From contig JBAQUT010000036.1 of the NCBI GenBank assembly GCA_049297695.1, forward strand, positions 986 to 64,985: a stretch of DNA of 64,000 bases, read 5' to 3'. The notes beneath the pieces were generated by a model that saw nothing but the letters and a program-made list of their open reading frames with translations, did no database searches and was not told the DNA's origin. Within the stretch, counting starts at the first letter, position 1, and the number at the start of each line of letters is the position of its first letter. The translations under genes were made by a program, and so were the position numbers. Shown in pieces: positions 29,104-39,760 of the stretch. The stretch is from Alphaproteobacteria bacterium. GTDB taxonomy: Bacteria; Pseudomonadota; Alphaproteobacteria; UBA2136; UBA6156.

Positions 29104-31554
29104 ATGGCCACCTCTAAAAAGCAACCTCCCGTTCTCCCCAAAACCCGTACCACAGGGCCCAAAGCCAATGCCAAACATGGCCTGCTGTGGCGCACCTTTG
29201 TGGTGCTGGTGTGGTTGGGTGTGGTGGGCATGTTGGTAGGGGCGATTGGTGCGGTGGGGGTTGTTACGTATTACTCCAGCCAACTCCCCGATTTTAGGCA
29301 ACTTACGGAATATAAACCGTTTTTAATTACCAAGGTGTACGACAGGCACGGCGACGTGATTGCCGAATTTGCCAAAGAGCGAAGGATTTGGACACCCGTG
29401 GCCGAAATGCCCAAGTTGCTCATCAACGCCTACTTGGCGGCAGAAGATACCCATTTTTATGAGCATGCAGGCTATGATATTAAAGCGATTCTACGCGCGA
29501 CACTTAGCAACGCCATGACCGACCGCAAGCAAGGCGCCAGCACCATTACCCAACAGGTGGCTAAAACGTTTTTATTGAGTGCGGAGCGTACATATACACG
29601 TAAAATCAAAGAGTTGATTTTAAGCTGGCGCATTGAAAAGGCCTACGGTAAAGACGAAATTTTGGAAATGTACCTGAACCGTATTTATTTGGGCAATGGC
29701 AGTTATGGCGTGGCGGCGGCTGCTCAAACGTATTTCAGCAAAACGCTGGATGAACTGACCTTGCCCGAAGCCGCCATGCTGGCGGGGATGCCTCAGGCGC
29801 CCACACGGTACAACCCCATCCGTAACCCCGAGGCTGCCACCAAGCGCCGCAATATTATTTTGGGCCGCATGGAGGCCGAAAACTTTATTACCGCCGAGCA
29901 GGCAAGCCAAGCCAAAGCGGCGGATTTGGGACTGAACCCCAACCCGTTGAAAGGGGGAGACGACGCCCCGCACTTCAGCGAGTACATCCGCCGGATGATA
30001 GAACAGCAGTACGGCACGGCAGCCTTGTACGAAGAAGGCATGACCGTTTACACCACGTTGGATTTGGCGATGCAGCGCAAAGCCGAAGAAGCCGTGTACG
30101 AAGGCTTGCGGGCGTACGATAGGCGCCACGGCTGGCGCGGCCCCTTGGCCCGTTTGGCCAGCATGACGGATTGGGAAGAGCAGGTACAAGCCTTGGCCGA
30201 CCAATACAAAGCCAGCAGCAAAATTGGCGAGCCTGCCGTGGTGTTGGCCGTGAAGGGCGATAAAGCCACCGTAGGCCTGTACGATGCCCAGAAGGTGGAT
30301 GTGCCCGCCAGCAGCGCCAAATGGACAGGCCGTGGCCTGAAAAGCCTGTTGAAGGTGGGCGATGTGGTGATGGTGAAACCTTTGGGCAAAGGGAAGGGGT
30401 ATGCGTTGGAGCAGCTACCCGCCGTGCAAGGGGCGTTGACGGCGGTGGATGTGCGCACGGGCGAAGTGCTGGCCATGGTGGGCGGCTTGGGCGAGGGGGT
30501 TGGCTTTAACCGGGCCATCCAAGCCAAACGCCAAGTGGGCAGCAGCTTTAAGCCCTTTGTATATGCCGCAGCGTTGGAAAAAAACTACACCCCCGCCACC
30601 ATCGTGATGGATGCGCCCTTGGTGTTCCGCACCGGCAACAAAGAATGGAAGCCCCAAAACTACGACGAAAAAGTGGATGGCCCAACGCCGCTGCGCAAAG
30701 GGTTGGAAAAAAGTAAAAACCTGATGACTATTCAACTGGCGCAAGACGTTGGTTTGCGTAGCGTGGCGGATGTGGTGCGGCGCTTGGGCGTGGCGGATAA
30801 AATTAACATTACCGACCTGACCGTGGCCCTGGGGAGCGTGAACCTGAGCCTGCTGGATATCACCTCGGCGTATGCCGTATTCCCCCGTGGAGGGTTGTAT
30901 GTGCCGCCCAGTTTTGTATCGCGCATTCAGGATAACCACGGCACCACGGTATACCGTGGCCACCCGGCGTGCGAAGGCTGCACCAGCCAGTTGGGTGGCA
31001 CGCCGGATACCGTGCCGACGCCTCCGCCCATACCCGCCACGCAAGCCGTAAGCCCCTTTGTGGCGTACCAAATGACCAGCATGTTGGAAGGAGTTATCCA
31101 ACGCGGTACAGGTTACGGCGCCAAAAAACTGGGCCTGCCTTTGGGGGGTAAAACAGGCACCACCAACGATTACATTGACGCGTGGTTTGTCGGGTTTTCG
31201 CCCAGCATGGCCGTGGGTGTGTGGGTGGGTTTTGATACCCCCAAAACCTTGGGCCATGCTGAAACCGGTGCCAAGGCAGCCTTGCCGATTTGGCAAGATT
31301 TTGTAGGCAGTGCCTTGCAAGATAGCCGCGGCGAAGACTTTGCCGTACCCGAAGGCATTGAGTTTGTGAGGATAGATGCCGACAGCGGTTTGCTGCCCGG
31401 CCCGCCCACCACGCGCACCATCACCGAGGCCTTTGCCCCCGGCACGGCCCCCACCGAAGTAACCCAGCCCAGCTTTTTTGATGACACCACCACGGTGCCT
31501 GAAGATGGTAGCAGCGGCAGCAGCGGCGGGTTCAACCCGTTTGGAATCTTTTAA
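29104..31554 (+). CDS. mrcA: penicillin-binding protein 1A (bifunctional transglycosylase/transpeptidase)
   Basis: EDTHFYEHAGYD, QGASTITQQ (GT51); SSFKP, KTGTT (TPase). Confidence 0.9.
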   Translation: MATSKKQPPVLPKTRTTGPKANAKHGLLWRTFVVLVWLGVVGMLVGAIGAVGVVTYYSSQLPDFRQLTEYKPFLITKVYDRHGDVIAEFAKERRIWTPVAEMPKLLINAYLAAEDTHFYEHAGYDIKAILRATLSNAMTDRKQGASTITQQVAKTFLLSAERTYTRKIKELILSWRIEKAYGKDEILEMYLNRIYLGNGSYGVAAAAQTYFSKTLDELTLPEAAMLAGMPQAPTRYNPIRNPEAATKRRNIILGRMEAENFITAEQASQAKAADLGLNPNPLKGGDDAPHFSEYIRRMIEQQYGTAALYEEGMTVYTTLDLAMQRKAEEAVYEGLRAYDRRHGWRGPLARLASMTDWEEQVQALADQYKASSKIGEPAVVLAVKGDKATVGLYDAQKVDVPASSAKWTGRGLKSLLKVGDVVMVKPLGKGKGYALEQLPAVQGALTAVDVRTGEVLAMVGGLGEGVGFNRAIQAKRQVGSSFKPFVYAAALEKNYTPATIVMDAPLVFRTGNKEWKPQNYDEKVDGPTPLRKGLEKSKNLMTIQLAQDVGLRSVADVVRRLGVADKINITDLTVALGSVNLSLLDITSAYAVFPRGGLYVPPSFVSRIQDNHGTTVYRGHPACEGCTSQLGGTPDTVPTPPPIPATQAVSPFVAYQMTSMLEGVIQRGTGYGAKKLGLPLGGKTGTTNDYIDAWFVGFSPSMAVGVWVGFDTPKTLGHAETGAKAALPIWQDFVGSALQDSRGEDFAVPEGIEFVRIDADSGLLPGPPTTRTITEAFAPGTAPTEVTQPSFFDDTTTVPEDGSSGSSGGFNPFGIF

Positions 31555-31569
31555 AACAGGAATACGCCC

Positions 31570-32364
31570 ATGGTTGTGATTGCCACCTTTTACCATTTTG
31601 CCGCCATGCCGGATGCCGCCAAGGTGCAGCCCGTGTGGAAAGCGTTTTTGCTGGAGCAAGGTGTGACGGGAACCATTTTGGTCACGCCGGAAGGCATCAA
31701 CGCCACCATTGCCGGCCCCCGTGCGGGGGTGGATGCCGTGCTGGCCATGATACGGGCCGATGCGCGCTTTACCCCCATGACGCACAAAGAAAGCTTTGCG
31801 GAGGCAAGCCCGTTCCCCCGCACCAAGGTGAAGTTGAAGAAGGAAACGATTCCGCTGGGCGTGACGGTCGACCCCACCAACCCCGGAACCTATGTGAAGC
31901 CCACCGAGTGGAATGCCCTTATCTCCCGCCCCGACGTGATTTTGGTGGATACCCGCAACGCGTACGAAACCAAGGTAGGCATTTTCAAAGGCGCGAAGGA
32001 CCCTTCCACCCGTACGTTCAAAGAGCTTCCGGCGTGGGTTGCGGCCAACATTCCCGACAAGAAAACCCCTGTGGCCATGTACTGCACGGGCGGCATCCGC
32101 TGCGAAAAAAGCACTGCCTACATGAAGCAGCAAGGCTACGAGAATGTGTATCACTTGGAAGGCGGTATTTTGAAATATCTGGAAGACGTGCCCGAAGCCG
32201 ACACGATGTGGGAGGGCGCCTGTTACGTGTTTGACCACCGCGTGGCCGTGAAGCACGACCTGACCCCCGCGTTGGAACTTCAGGTTTGCCCAAGCTGCAA
32301 CATGCCGGTGACGGCGGGGGATATGCGGCGGGGGCATATGCAGTGTTGTGGAGGGATTAAATGA
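31570..32364 (+). CDS. trhO: rhodanese-domain protein TrhO (tRNA U34 hydroxylase, UPF0176/YceA family)
   Basis: [10 protein letters not shown] active-site loop; C-terminal Cys-rich tail. Confidence 0.75.
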   Translation: MVVIATFYHFAAMPDAAKVQPVWKAFLLEQGVTGTILVTPEGINATIAGPRAGVDAVLAMIRADARFTPMTHKESFAEASPFPRTKVKLKKETIPLGVTVDPTNPGTYVKPTEWNALISRPDVILVDTRNAYETKVGIFKGAKDPSTRTFKELPAWVAANIPDKKTPVAMYCTGGIRCEKSTAYMKQQGYENVYHLEGGILKYLEDVPEADTMWEGACYVFDHRVAVKHDLTPALELQVCPSCNMPVTAGDMRRGHMQCCGGIK

Positions 32365-32786
32365 ATCGCGTGAGGATTGCAAAAGGCACGACGATTGATC
32401 AAATCCGGCATGTTTTTGGCGGTACAATTCCAGAATGGCACCCTGATGAATTTATCCAATCACGATTAAGAAGTGGATATGTATTTGTTGCATTAGATGA
32501 AAATGATCACCCGATTGGATTTCTAATATACTCAATCTGGTGGGGAAATTGCCCTTTTATTGAATTAATCAAAGTAGTTGAGGATATGAGGGGTATGGGA
32601 ATAGGTTCTCAATTATTGGATGTGGCAAAAGCAGAAATTAAGGCAAAAGGTTTTGAGATGTTAATTGCATCCAGTGAAATGACAAACATGTTAGGACAAA
32701 AATTTCACGAAAAGTTAGGTTTTAAGAAGCTTAACTCACTTGTACTTCCACATGGCGAAGAACAGTTTTTTGGGATTAATTTGTAA
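32361..32786 (+). CDS. GNAT family N-acetyltransferase, low-GC (~38%)
   Basis: [14 protein letters not shown] acetyl-CoA binding motif; ATGA overlap with the trhO stop. Confidence 0.6.
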   Translation: MNRVRIAKGTTIDQIRHVFGGTIPEWHPDEFIQSRLRSGYVFVALDENDHPIGFLIYSIWWGNCPFIELIKVVEDMRGMGIGSQLLDVAKAEIKAKGFEMLIASSEMTNMLGQKFHEKLGFKKLNSLVLPHGEEQFFGINL

Positions 32787-32901
32787 CGCGCCCGAAAGGA
32801 TGACCCATAATCTTTTGTGGCTTCGCCGTTTGAATGGGTTGTTTCTTTCGGGCGATAAAGCTAAAAACATACCCCCTGACGGGGGCATCTTTTAAGCTTT
32901 A

Positions 32902-32978
<77 letters not shown>

Positions 32979-33063
32979 GTTAAGGGGTAAATAGCGGCGG
33001 ATGGGGGGTACGTCAAGGGCTAAGTGGGGTGACTTTGCGGTTATTTCGGGCTAACATGCCCCC

Positions 33064-33648
33064 ATGACACACCTTTTTCAGCACGAAGCCGCCCATATAG
33101 CCTCGGCCGCCCGCACACCGTGGGTGCCCGCCCTGTGGCTGGCGTTGCTGGCGTGGGCGGCGTGGCAGCTTACAGGTACGGCACGGGTGGAGGCGGGGGT
33201 GTTTGCTTTGCTGCTGGTGTTGGTGGTGGCGGTGGATGTGGCGACGTTTACCATCCCCAACATGCTCACCTTGGCGCTGGCCGTGCTTGGGGTTGTAGTG
33301 GCAGGGCCTGCGTGGGATATGGCCTTGTTGGGCGTGGCCGTAGGGTATGGCGTGTTTATGGCGGTTTCTGTGGTGGGCCGCTGGGCCATGGGTCGCACGG
33401 CCTTGGGGCAGGGGGATGTGAAGCTGTTTGGCGCCTTGGGCGCGTGGGTGGGGCCCTTGGGCTTGCCCTTGGTGGCGTTGGTGGGCAGTTGGGCGGCGCT
33501 GATATATATTTTAGCCTTGCGACACCCCAAAGGCGCAAAACTGCCGTTTGGGCCGTTTTTGGCGGCAGGGGGGTGGGTGGTGTACCTGTACCAAGGGCCG
33601 TTGTGGGATGCGTTGGCCAAGGTGAGTGCTTATGCGCAGCCCTTCTAA
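33064..33648 (+). CDS. A24 family prepilin peptidase-like membrane protein
   Basis: IPNMLTL...GQGDVKLFGALGAWVG...PFGPFLAAG. Confidence 0.6.
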   Translation: MTHLFQHEAAHIASAARTPWVPALWLALLAWAAWQLTGTARVEAGVFALLLVLVVAVDVATFTIPNMLTLALAVLGVVVAGPAWDMALLGVAVGYGVFMAVSVVGRWAMGRTALGQGDVKLFGALGAWVGPLGLPLVALVGSWAALIYILALRHPKGAKLPFGPFLAAGGWVVYLYQGPLWDALAKVSAYAQPF

Positions 33649-34342
33649 CCTGTTTACGCCCCCGGTGATGGCGGTGGTGCAAGCCTTGCTACCCGCCCCA
33701 ACTAAGGCCGTGGGGGGTAGTGTGCGCTGCCTGCTGCTGGGGCACCCCATGGCGCAGGTGGATGTGGACCTGGCCACCGAAGCCTTACCCGACGAGATTG
33801 AACAACGCTTGCGGCGGGCGAAAATCCCGTTTGATGCCCAAGGCAAACGCTGGGGGAGTTTTACGGCCAAGCCCGCCCCGGGGGTGGAGGTGGATATCAC
33901 CAGCCTGCGGGCGGATAGCTACCTGCCCGGCAGCCGTTACCCCAACGTGAATTTTGGCGTGGGGTGGGAGGCCGATGCGGCGCGGCGGGATTTTACCATC
34001 GGGGCCATCTACATGGCGCCAGACGGTACGTTGACCGACCCTTTGGGGGGCGAAGCCGACCTGAAGGCGGGGTTGGTGAGGTTTATCGGCGACCCCGCCC
34101 AGCGCCTGCGGGAAGACCCGTTGCGGTTGTTACGGTTTTACCGGTTTTGCGGACAATACGGCTTGGCGGGTATCACGGAAGACCTGAAACCCGTGCTGGC
34201 CCAAGCCGCCCCCGCCTTGGCAACCTTAAGCGCTGCCCGTAAAGCGGACGAGTTTGCCAAACTGGCCAAAACCCCCCACGCGGTCAGCGTTTCCACCGCC
34301 ATGGAGGCGTTGGGCGTTGCCGTACCTGTCAGCGGGGGTTGA
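33626..34342 (+). CDS. tRNA nucleotidyltransferase/poly(A) polymerase head-domain protein (short, 238 aa)
   Basis: GGSVRCLLLG, DVDLAT (DxD), RRDFTIGA, EDPLRLLRFYRF; lacks the usual body/tail domains. Confidence 0.6.
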   Translation: MLMRSPSNLFTPPVMAVVQALLPAPTKAVGGSVRCLLLGHPMAQVDVDLATEALPDEIEQRLRRAKIPFDAQGKRWGSFTAKPAPGVEVDITSLRADSYLPGSRYPNVNFGVGWEADAARRDFTIGAIYMAPDGTLTDPLGGEADLKAGLVRFIGDPAQRLREDPLRLLRFYRFCGQYGLAGITEDLKPVLAQAAPALATLSAARKADEFAKLAKTPHAVSVSTAMEALGVAVPVSGG

Positions 34343-34373
34343 AAACGGGTTTTGGGGGCCTATATAAGGGGGT

Positions 34374-34790
34374 ATGAAACAGCAACCTGATATCTGCTTT
34401 GTAAAACGCAAGAATGGCGAAAAACATATTGATTTTTATAAAGCTAAAATGCCTGGTGAAGATGCTGATAGGGTCGCAAGTATTCTTTTAGATAAAGATG
34501 GATTACTGGTTTGGGCCAATTTGGAAAATGGTGGGGCACGAAATGTCCAAGAGTTTGTGGAGTGGGAAATAGATTCACAAACACAAGAAGATTTAAAAGA
34601 GTTGATGGTGTATGTTCAAAGTACTGGAAAGAAACCTTTAAAATATGGGCAAACTGAAGTGCTGGATGTAAGAGGTTTTAACCCAAGTACCAAGGAATTT
34701 CTGATTGCGGGCATTTTCAACGCATATCAAGTTAAAATGCAGACAATGGCAGACGAACAGGCCTATCCAGATTACGCCTCCCCACTTTAG
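34374..34790 (+). CDS. hypothetical protein, low-GC insertion
   Basis: 138-aa ORF, AT-rich codon usage. Confidence 0.4.
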   Translation: MKQQPDICFVKRKNGEKHIDFYKAKMPGEDADRVASILLDKDGLLVWANLENGGARNVQEFVEWEIDSQTQEDLKELMVYVQSTGKKPLKYGQTEVLDVRGFNPSTKEFLIAGIFNAYQVKMQTMADEQAYPDYASPL

Positions 34791-34825
34791 CTTGACGCCC
34801 GTCAAAGCGCCCGTTACCCTACGGT

Positions 34826-35467
34826 ATGATTCCTAAGCTTTTCATGATTTTGCTGATGTTGGTGCTGGGCGCCATGGCGTTTTCGCATTTGGATTTTACC
34901 AGCGGGAAACTGGCCAGCATTGCTCCTGCGGCGGGGCCTGTTCAGGTGGATACTGCTCAGGCCGATGCCGCGCCCGTACCTGGAGGTGCCTTTGCGGTGA
35001 TGGACACGGATGGGAAGGTGGTTACCGAGAAAGATTTGGTGGGAGATAAGTATCACCTTGTATTTTTTGGCTTTGCCAACTGTGCGGAAGCCTGCCCCGC
35101 CATGTTGGGCGCCATGGATTGGGTGATGAACAACCTGCCGCCCGCAACCCAAGCCAAAGTTCAGTTTGTGTTTGTGAGCGTGGATAGCTTGCGGGATACC
35201 GCCCCCAAACTGGCCGAGTTTGTGCACGGGTTTAACCCTACCTTTAAGGCTTGGCGCGGCACTCCCGAGCAGATTGAGCGCATGACCCGCGCCTACATGG
35301 CCACCGCCGTGCTGCCCGAAGGCGCCACGGTGAGCGATACGGCTTGGCAGGCCAGCCATTCTACCTTGCTGTACCTGATGGGCCCCGATGGCCGCTACGT
35401 AACCCACCTGCGCAACAGCGACAGCGCCACCGACATACGGGATAAACTGGCGGAGTTGGTGAAGTAA
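34826..35467 (+). CDS. SCO1/SenC copper chaperone
   Basis: FGFANCAEACP (CxxxC) thioredoxin-like motif; N-terminal TM. Confidence 0.8.
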   Translation: MIPKLFMILLMLVLGAMAFSHLDFTSGKLASIAPAAGPVQVDTAQADAAPVPGGAFAVMDTDGKVVTEKDLVGDKYHLVFFGFANCAEACPAMLGAMDWVMNNLPPATQAKVQFVFVSVDSLRDTAPKLAEFVHGFNPTFKAWRGTPEQIERMTRAYMATAVLPEGATVSDTAWQASHSTLLYLMGPDGRYVTHLRNSDSATDIRDKLAELVK

Positions 35468-35532
35468 CAAGCGCGTTGGCTTGACTTTGCGCCATATTCA
35501 GCAATAGTGCGCGGGTAACGAAAGCATACGCC

Positions 35533-35865
35533 ATGGACCAAGCCAACCTGATACCAGCCTTGATGGGGTATTTGCCCATTGTGTTGATTTTCGCCGTGTT
35601 TTACGTGCTTATTTTGCGCCCTCAAAGCCTGGCGGCCAAGGCCCATGCGGCGTTGGTAGTGGGGTTGAAACGTGGTGACACCGTACTGATGGCCAGCGGC
35701 CTGATGGCCAAAGTGGAGAAGGTGGAGGGTACGGCCATGGTGCTGCGCATCAACGCCGAAGATACCGTGCTGATGGCCAAAGCGAGCGTGGAGCGCCTGT
35801 TGGAAGGTGATGAAACCAAGCTGTTGGATGCCCAGCTTTCGTTGAAACCAAGCACCAAAAAGTAA
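35533..35865 (+). CDS. yajC: preprotein translocase subunit YajC
   Basis: LPIVLIFAVFYVLILRPQ...KRGDTVLMASGLMAKV. Confidence 0.8.
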   Translation: MDQANLIPALMGYLPIVLIFAVFYVLILRPQSLAAKAHAALVVGLKRGDTVLMASGLMAKVEKVEGTAMVLRINAEDTVLMAKASVERLLEGDETKLLDAQLSLKPSTKK

Positions 35866-35871
35866 CCGGAT

Positions 35872-37443
35872 ATGAACACCCATCTTACATTGTTGAACCG
35901 CATGTTGGTGGTTATGGTGCTGGTGTTTGCGGTAGCCTTTACCTTGCCAAACCTGTTGCCGGAACAGATGCGGGAAAAAATACCCGCTTTTTTACCCAAG
36001 CATGCCATGACGTTGGGGCTAGATTTGCAAGGCGGCGCCCACCTGACGCTGGAAGTGGCTACTGATGACGTGTTGGTGCATGCCTATGAGAACCTGACCG
36101 ATGACATCCGCCGTGTGGCGCGGGAAGGGGGGATGGGCTACACAGGGCTGCGGAGCGACGCCACGGGCGCTAAACTGGTGCTGCGTGACCCTTTGCAGCA
36201 AACGGCCCTGCAAGCGGCGTTGGGTGCGGGTGTGGTGGTAACGGGTGAGGGCACAACGGGGAACATTGCCGTAACCCTCACCGAAACCGCCCAAACCGAG
36301 CTGTTAACACGCGCTATGCAACAAACCCTGCAAGTGTTGCGCAGCCGCGTGGATGAATTTGGTGTGGCCGAGCCGCTGGTGCAGCGCCAAGGTGCCAACC
36401 GCGTGATTGTGCAGCTCCCCGGCGCGAAGGATACTGCCCGCGCCAAAGCCAGCATCGGGCGTACGGCCATGCTGACGTTCCATTTGGTGGACGACCAAGC
36501 CAACCCCTTGGGCATACTGGCGCCTACCCAGATGAAACTGGAAGAAACCACCACGGATACGGAAGGCAACGTGGTGAACCGTCAACCGTTGATTGTGACC
36601 AAACGCCCTGCACTTACAGGCGATATGCTGACCAGCGCTGCTGCCAGCTTTGATCAATACGGAACCCCTGCCGTGGACATTGCGTTTGATCGGCGGGGCA
36701 CTCAGGTGTTTGCGGATATTTCTACCAAGCATGTAGGCCAGCGGTTTGCCATTGTGCTGGATGGCAAGGTGTACTCGGCGCCCGTGTTTAGGGAACCCAT
36801 TTTGGGCGGGCGGGCGCAAATTAGCGGTCGCTTCCAAGTGGAAGAAGCCCAGGACTTAGCCGCCATTCTGAACGCGGGAGCCTTGCCTGCCGCCGTGAAG
36901 GTGGTGGAAGAGCGCACCGTGGGCCCAACTTTGGGGGCGGACAGTGTGCGGGCCGGGCAGATTGCCATTATGGCGGGCTTGGCGGGTGTATTTGTGTTTA
37001 TGGGCGTGTTTTACGGGTTATTCGGCTTGTTTGCCGTGGTGGCGCTGGTGGTGAACTTTTTGATTTTGGTGGCGTGCATGACGGCCTTTGGCTTTACCCT
37101 CACCCTGCCCGGTATGGCGGGGATTGTACTGACACTGGGGATGGCGGTGGATGCCAATGTGCTGATTTTTGAACGCATCCGGGAAGAAACGGGGTCTGGT
37201 AAAAAACCGCTTTCCGCCATTCATGCGGGGTTTGAAGGGGCGTTTTCGGCCATTATGGACAGCAACATCACCACGTTGTTGGCGGCGGCGGTGTGCTTTT
37301 TGCTGGGCAGCGGGCCGGTGAAAGGCTTTGCCGTGAGCTTGATTATCGGGTTGTGCGCCAGCATGTTCACGGCCATCACGCTCACCCGTTGGATGCTGCT
37401 GGCATGGTACTTCCGCACTCGCCCCACCAAACTTCCTGTTTAA
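35872..37443 (+). CDS. secD: protein translocase subunit SecD
   Basis: 523 aa; periplasmic domain plus C-terminal 6-TM bundle. Confidence 0.9.
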   Translation: MNTHLTLLNRMLVVMVLVFAVAFTLPNLLPEQMREKIPAFLPKHAMTLGLDLQGGAHLTLEVATDDVLVHAYENLTDDIRRVAREGGMGYTGLRSDATGAKLVLRDPLQQTALQAALGAGVVVTGEGTTGNIAVTLTETAQTELLTRAMQQTLQVLRSRVDEFGVAEPLVQRQGANRVIVQLPGAKDTARAKASIGRTAMLTFHLVDDQANPLGILAPTQMKLEETTTDTEGNVVNRQPLIVTKRPALTGDMLTSAAASFDQYGTPAVDIAFDRRGTQVFADISTKHVGQRFAIVLDGKVYSAPVFREPILGGRAQISGRFQVEEAQDLAAILNAGALPAAVKVVEERTVGPTLGADSVRAGQIAIMAGLAGVFVFMGVFYGLFGLFAVVALVVNFLILVACMTAFGFTLTLPGMAGIVLTLGMAVDANVLIFERIREETGSGKKPLSAIHAGFEGAFSAIMDSNITTLLAAAVCFLLGSGPVKGFAVSLIIGLCASMFTAITLTRWMLLAWYFRTRPTKLPV

Positions 37444-37458
37444 GCAAAGGATACCTCC

Positions 37459-38388
37459 ATGGCCCTGTTCCCTCTCAAACCGTTTGAAAATATTCCGTTC
37501 ATCAACTTTATGGCGTGGCGGCGGTTTTGGATTTGGAGCAGCGTGGCCTGCGTGTTGGCTACGTTCGTGTTGTTGGCAAAACCGGGGCTGAACTTCGGGA
37601 TCGATTTTGTGGGCGGCAAACTGGTGCAGGTGCAAACCACCAACCCCGTGCCCGTGGCCAGCGTGCGGCAAGCGGTGGATGATGCGGGATTTGTGGGAGC
37701 GAACATTCAGGAATTTGAAAACGGGCGCGAGTTTTTGGTGCGTTTATCCGCCAGCGATGCCAAGGCTGCGGCGGAAGGTAGCGAGAAGATTGTGGTGGAT
37801 ACGTTGGCACCCTTGGGCGGCGGGGCCGAGCTTCGCCGCGTGGAATTTGTAGGCCCCCAAGTGGGTGCCGAGCTGGCGCGAGATGGTGTGCTAGCCCTGC
37901 TGGTGAGCATGTTGGGTATTTTGATGTATGTAAGTGCGCGGTTTGAGTTCCGCTATGGGTTGGGCGCTATTTTAGCCTTGCTGCACGATGTGACCCTGAC
38001 CATCGGCCTGCTGGTGCTGGTGCGGCTGGAGATTAGCCTCACCGTGCTGGCGGCAATCCTCACGCTGATTGGGTACAGCCTGAACGATACGATTGTGGTG
38101 TATGATAGGGTGCGTGAAATGCGCGCCAAATACCCCAACAAAACGCTGGTGGAAGTTCTGAACATTTCGGTCAACTCCATGCTGGCCCGCACGTTCATGA
38201 CCGGTATGACCACGCTGTTTGTGCTAGCCGTGCTGTACCTGTTTGGCGGGCCGGTATTGGAAGGTTTTGCGTTCACCCTGCTGTTTGGGGTGGTTATCGG
38301 CACGTATTCCTCTGTGTTTGTGGCCAGCCCGTTGTTGCTGGTGTTGGAGGAGTATTACAAGACTACGGATAAAATCACGAAGGTTTAA
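37459..38388 (+). CDS. secF: protein translocase subunit SecF
   Basis: 309 aa; conserved SecF TM core. Confidence 0.9.
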   Translation: MALFPLKPFENIPFINFMAWRRFWIWSSVACVLATFVLLAKPGLNFGIDFVGGKLVQVQTTNPVPVASVRQAVDDAGFVGANIQEFENGREFLVRLSASDAKAAAEGSEKIVVDTLAPLGGGAELRRVEFVGPQVGAELARDGVLALLVSMLGILMYVSARFEFRYGLGAILALLHDVTLTIGLLVLVRLEISLTVLAAILTLIGYSLNDTIVVYDRVREMRAKYPNKTLVEVLNISVNSMLARTFMTGMTTLFVLAVLYLFGGPVLEGFAFTLLFGVVIGTYSSVFVASPLLLVLEEYYKTTDKITKV

Positions 38389-38934
38389 TTACCGCTCAAG
38401 GCGTAACTGTTTGAACAATTCGTTGCGGGCATTATCTCGGCTGCGTTGTGTTTTAGGGTTCTTATGTTTCATGAACGCCTTTTGGGACATGACAACTTTT
38501 TCCATGAGGCCTGGGTGGATGTGGGCTACATCGCTCAGCGTGATGTCGTTCTCGGTGAGCGCGCTGAGCATGATGGACAGGTCTTCAGGTGTTACAGCCT
38601 CGCCACGGGTTTTTTGTTGGAGCAACACCATCAGGTGTTTACGGCTAATCACTTCGTGGCCATCAACCTGCGAAACGATGGACGAAGGTGTGCTGGCCGA
38701 AAGTGTGGAGGCTGATTTGGTGCGATAGGTACGGGTAAGTTGTTCCAAACTGCGGGGATCTATGGCGCGCAGGGTATCCGCTGTAACGGGGGTTTCTGCA
38801 ACAGGGGAGAGAAGGGTGGTAGCCGTTGAAAGCTTGATGGCCGACCCAGCCGACAGGGTTTGGACAAGCGCCAAAACATGGCGGAAGCTGATGGTATCGT
38901 TGTCATCGATGATGGAATGTTTGATGGGCTTCAT
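38389..38934 (-). CDS. hypothetical protein (GC ~52%)
   Basis: 181-aa ORF convergent with secF. Confidence 0.4.
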   Translation of the reverse strand: MKPIKHSIIDDNDTISFRHVLALVQTLSAGSAIKLSTATTLLSPVAETPVTADTLRAIDPRSLEQLTRTYRTKSASTLSASTPSSIVSQVDGHEVISRKHLMVLLQQKTRGEAVTPEDLSIMLSALTENDITLSDVAHIHPGLMEKVVMSQKAFMKHKNPKTQRSRDNARNELFKQLRLER

Positions 38935-39090
38935 GGAAAAAATCTCCTTACGGTGTTATGTATATAGCCTATTAGCTTGTAGTGTGCAATAATTGTATTC
39001 ATAATTTAATAAAGAGGAAGATCTTTGACCTAGAGGCGAGGGCCTTGTACAGTTTGCCGCAACCGATAACCTCATACAAGGAGTCTCCCC

Positions 39091-39711
39091 ATGCCCTACA
39101 CCGCCCGCACCGAGTTTAAACCTGTTGGATTGGTTGGTATTTCCGACAAGCAGATTGAAGTTCACTGGAAGCTTTACGAGGGTTATGTAACCCAAACTAA
39201 CACGTTGATTGACCAACTTAAAGCGATGCGCGAGGGCGGGGAAGGGGCCAGCCCGTTGTACGCCGACCGCCGCCGCCGCTGTGCTTTTGAGATGTGCGGC
39301 ATGTTGGTGCACGATTACTATTTTGCCAACCTGAAGGCGGGCGTGAAGCCCGACGTGGCGAAGGATTTTGCCAAGCTGGTGGCGGGTAAGTTTGGCAGCT
39401 TTGATGCCTGGCTGGCCGATTTCAAAGCCTGCGGGGCCACCCGGGGCGTGGGCCATGCCATCTGCTACATGGACCCCATCACCGGCGATGTGAACAACCA
39501 CTTCATCGAGATGCACAGCGAGGGGCACATGCCGGGCTTCCAGGTGTTGCTCAGCATGGACGTGTGGGAGCACGCGTTTTTGATGGATTACCTGCCCGCC
39601 GAGCGCGGCAAGTACATCGACGCCTTTATGGCTAACGTGAACTGGGACGTGGTGGAAGAGCGCACGCAGGCGTGCTTCTCCCGCAAGGCCAGCCCCCGCT
39701 TTGTGCTTTAA
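39091..39711 (+). CDS. Fe/Mn superoxide dismutase family protein (divergent N-terminal region)
   Basis: C-terminal DVWEHAFLMDY...NVNWDVV matches SodA/B; metal ligand His/Asp positions appear conserved. Confidence 0.6.
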   Translation: MPYTARTEFKPVGLVGISDKQIEVHWKLYEGYVTQTNTLIDQLKAMREGGEGASPLYADRRRRCAFEMCGMLVHDYYFANLKAGVKPDVAKDFAKLVAGKFGSFDAWLADFKACGATRGVGHAICYMDPITGDVNNHFIEMHSEGHMPGFQVLLSMDVWEHAFLMDYLPAERGKYIDAFMANVNWDVVEERTQACFSRKASPRFVL

Positions 39712-39760
39712 TGCACCAAGTTAAGGCAACGGGGCGGCAACAGGCCGCCTTTTTGCTACC

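Noticed and set aside
30415-32427. 670-aa minus-strand ORF spanning PBP1A and trhO
   Set aside because: Antisense to two genes with strong motifs. The translation is Gly/His/Arg-rich junk.
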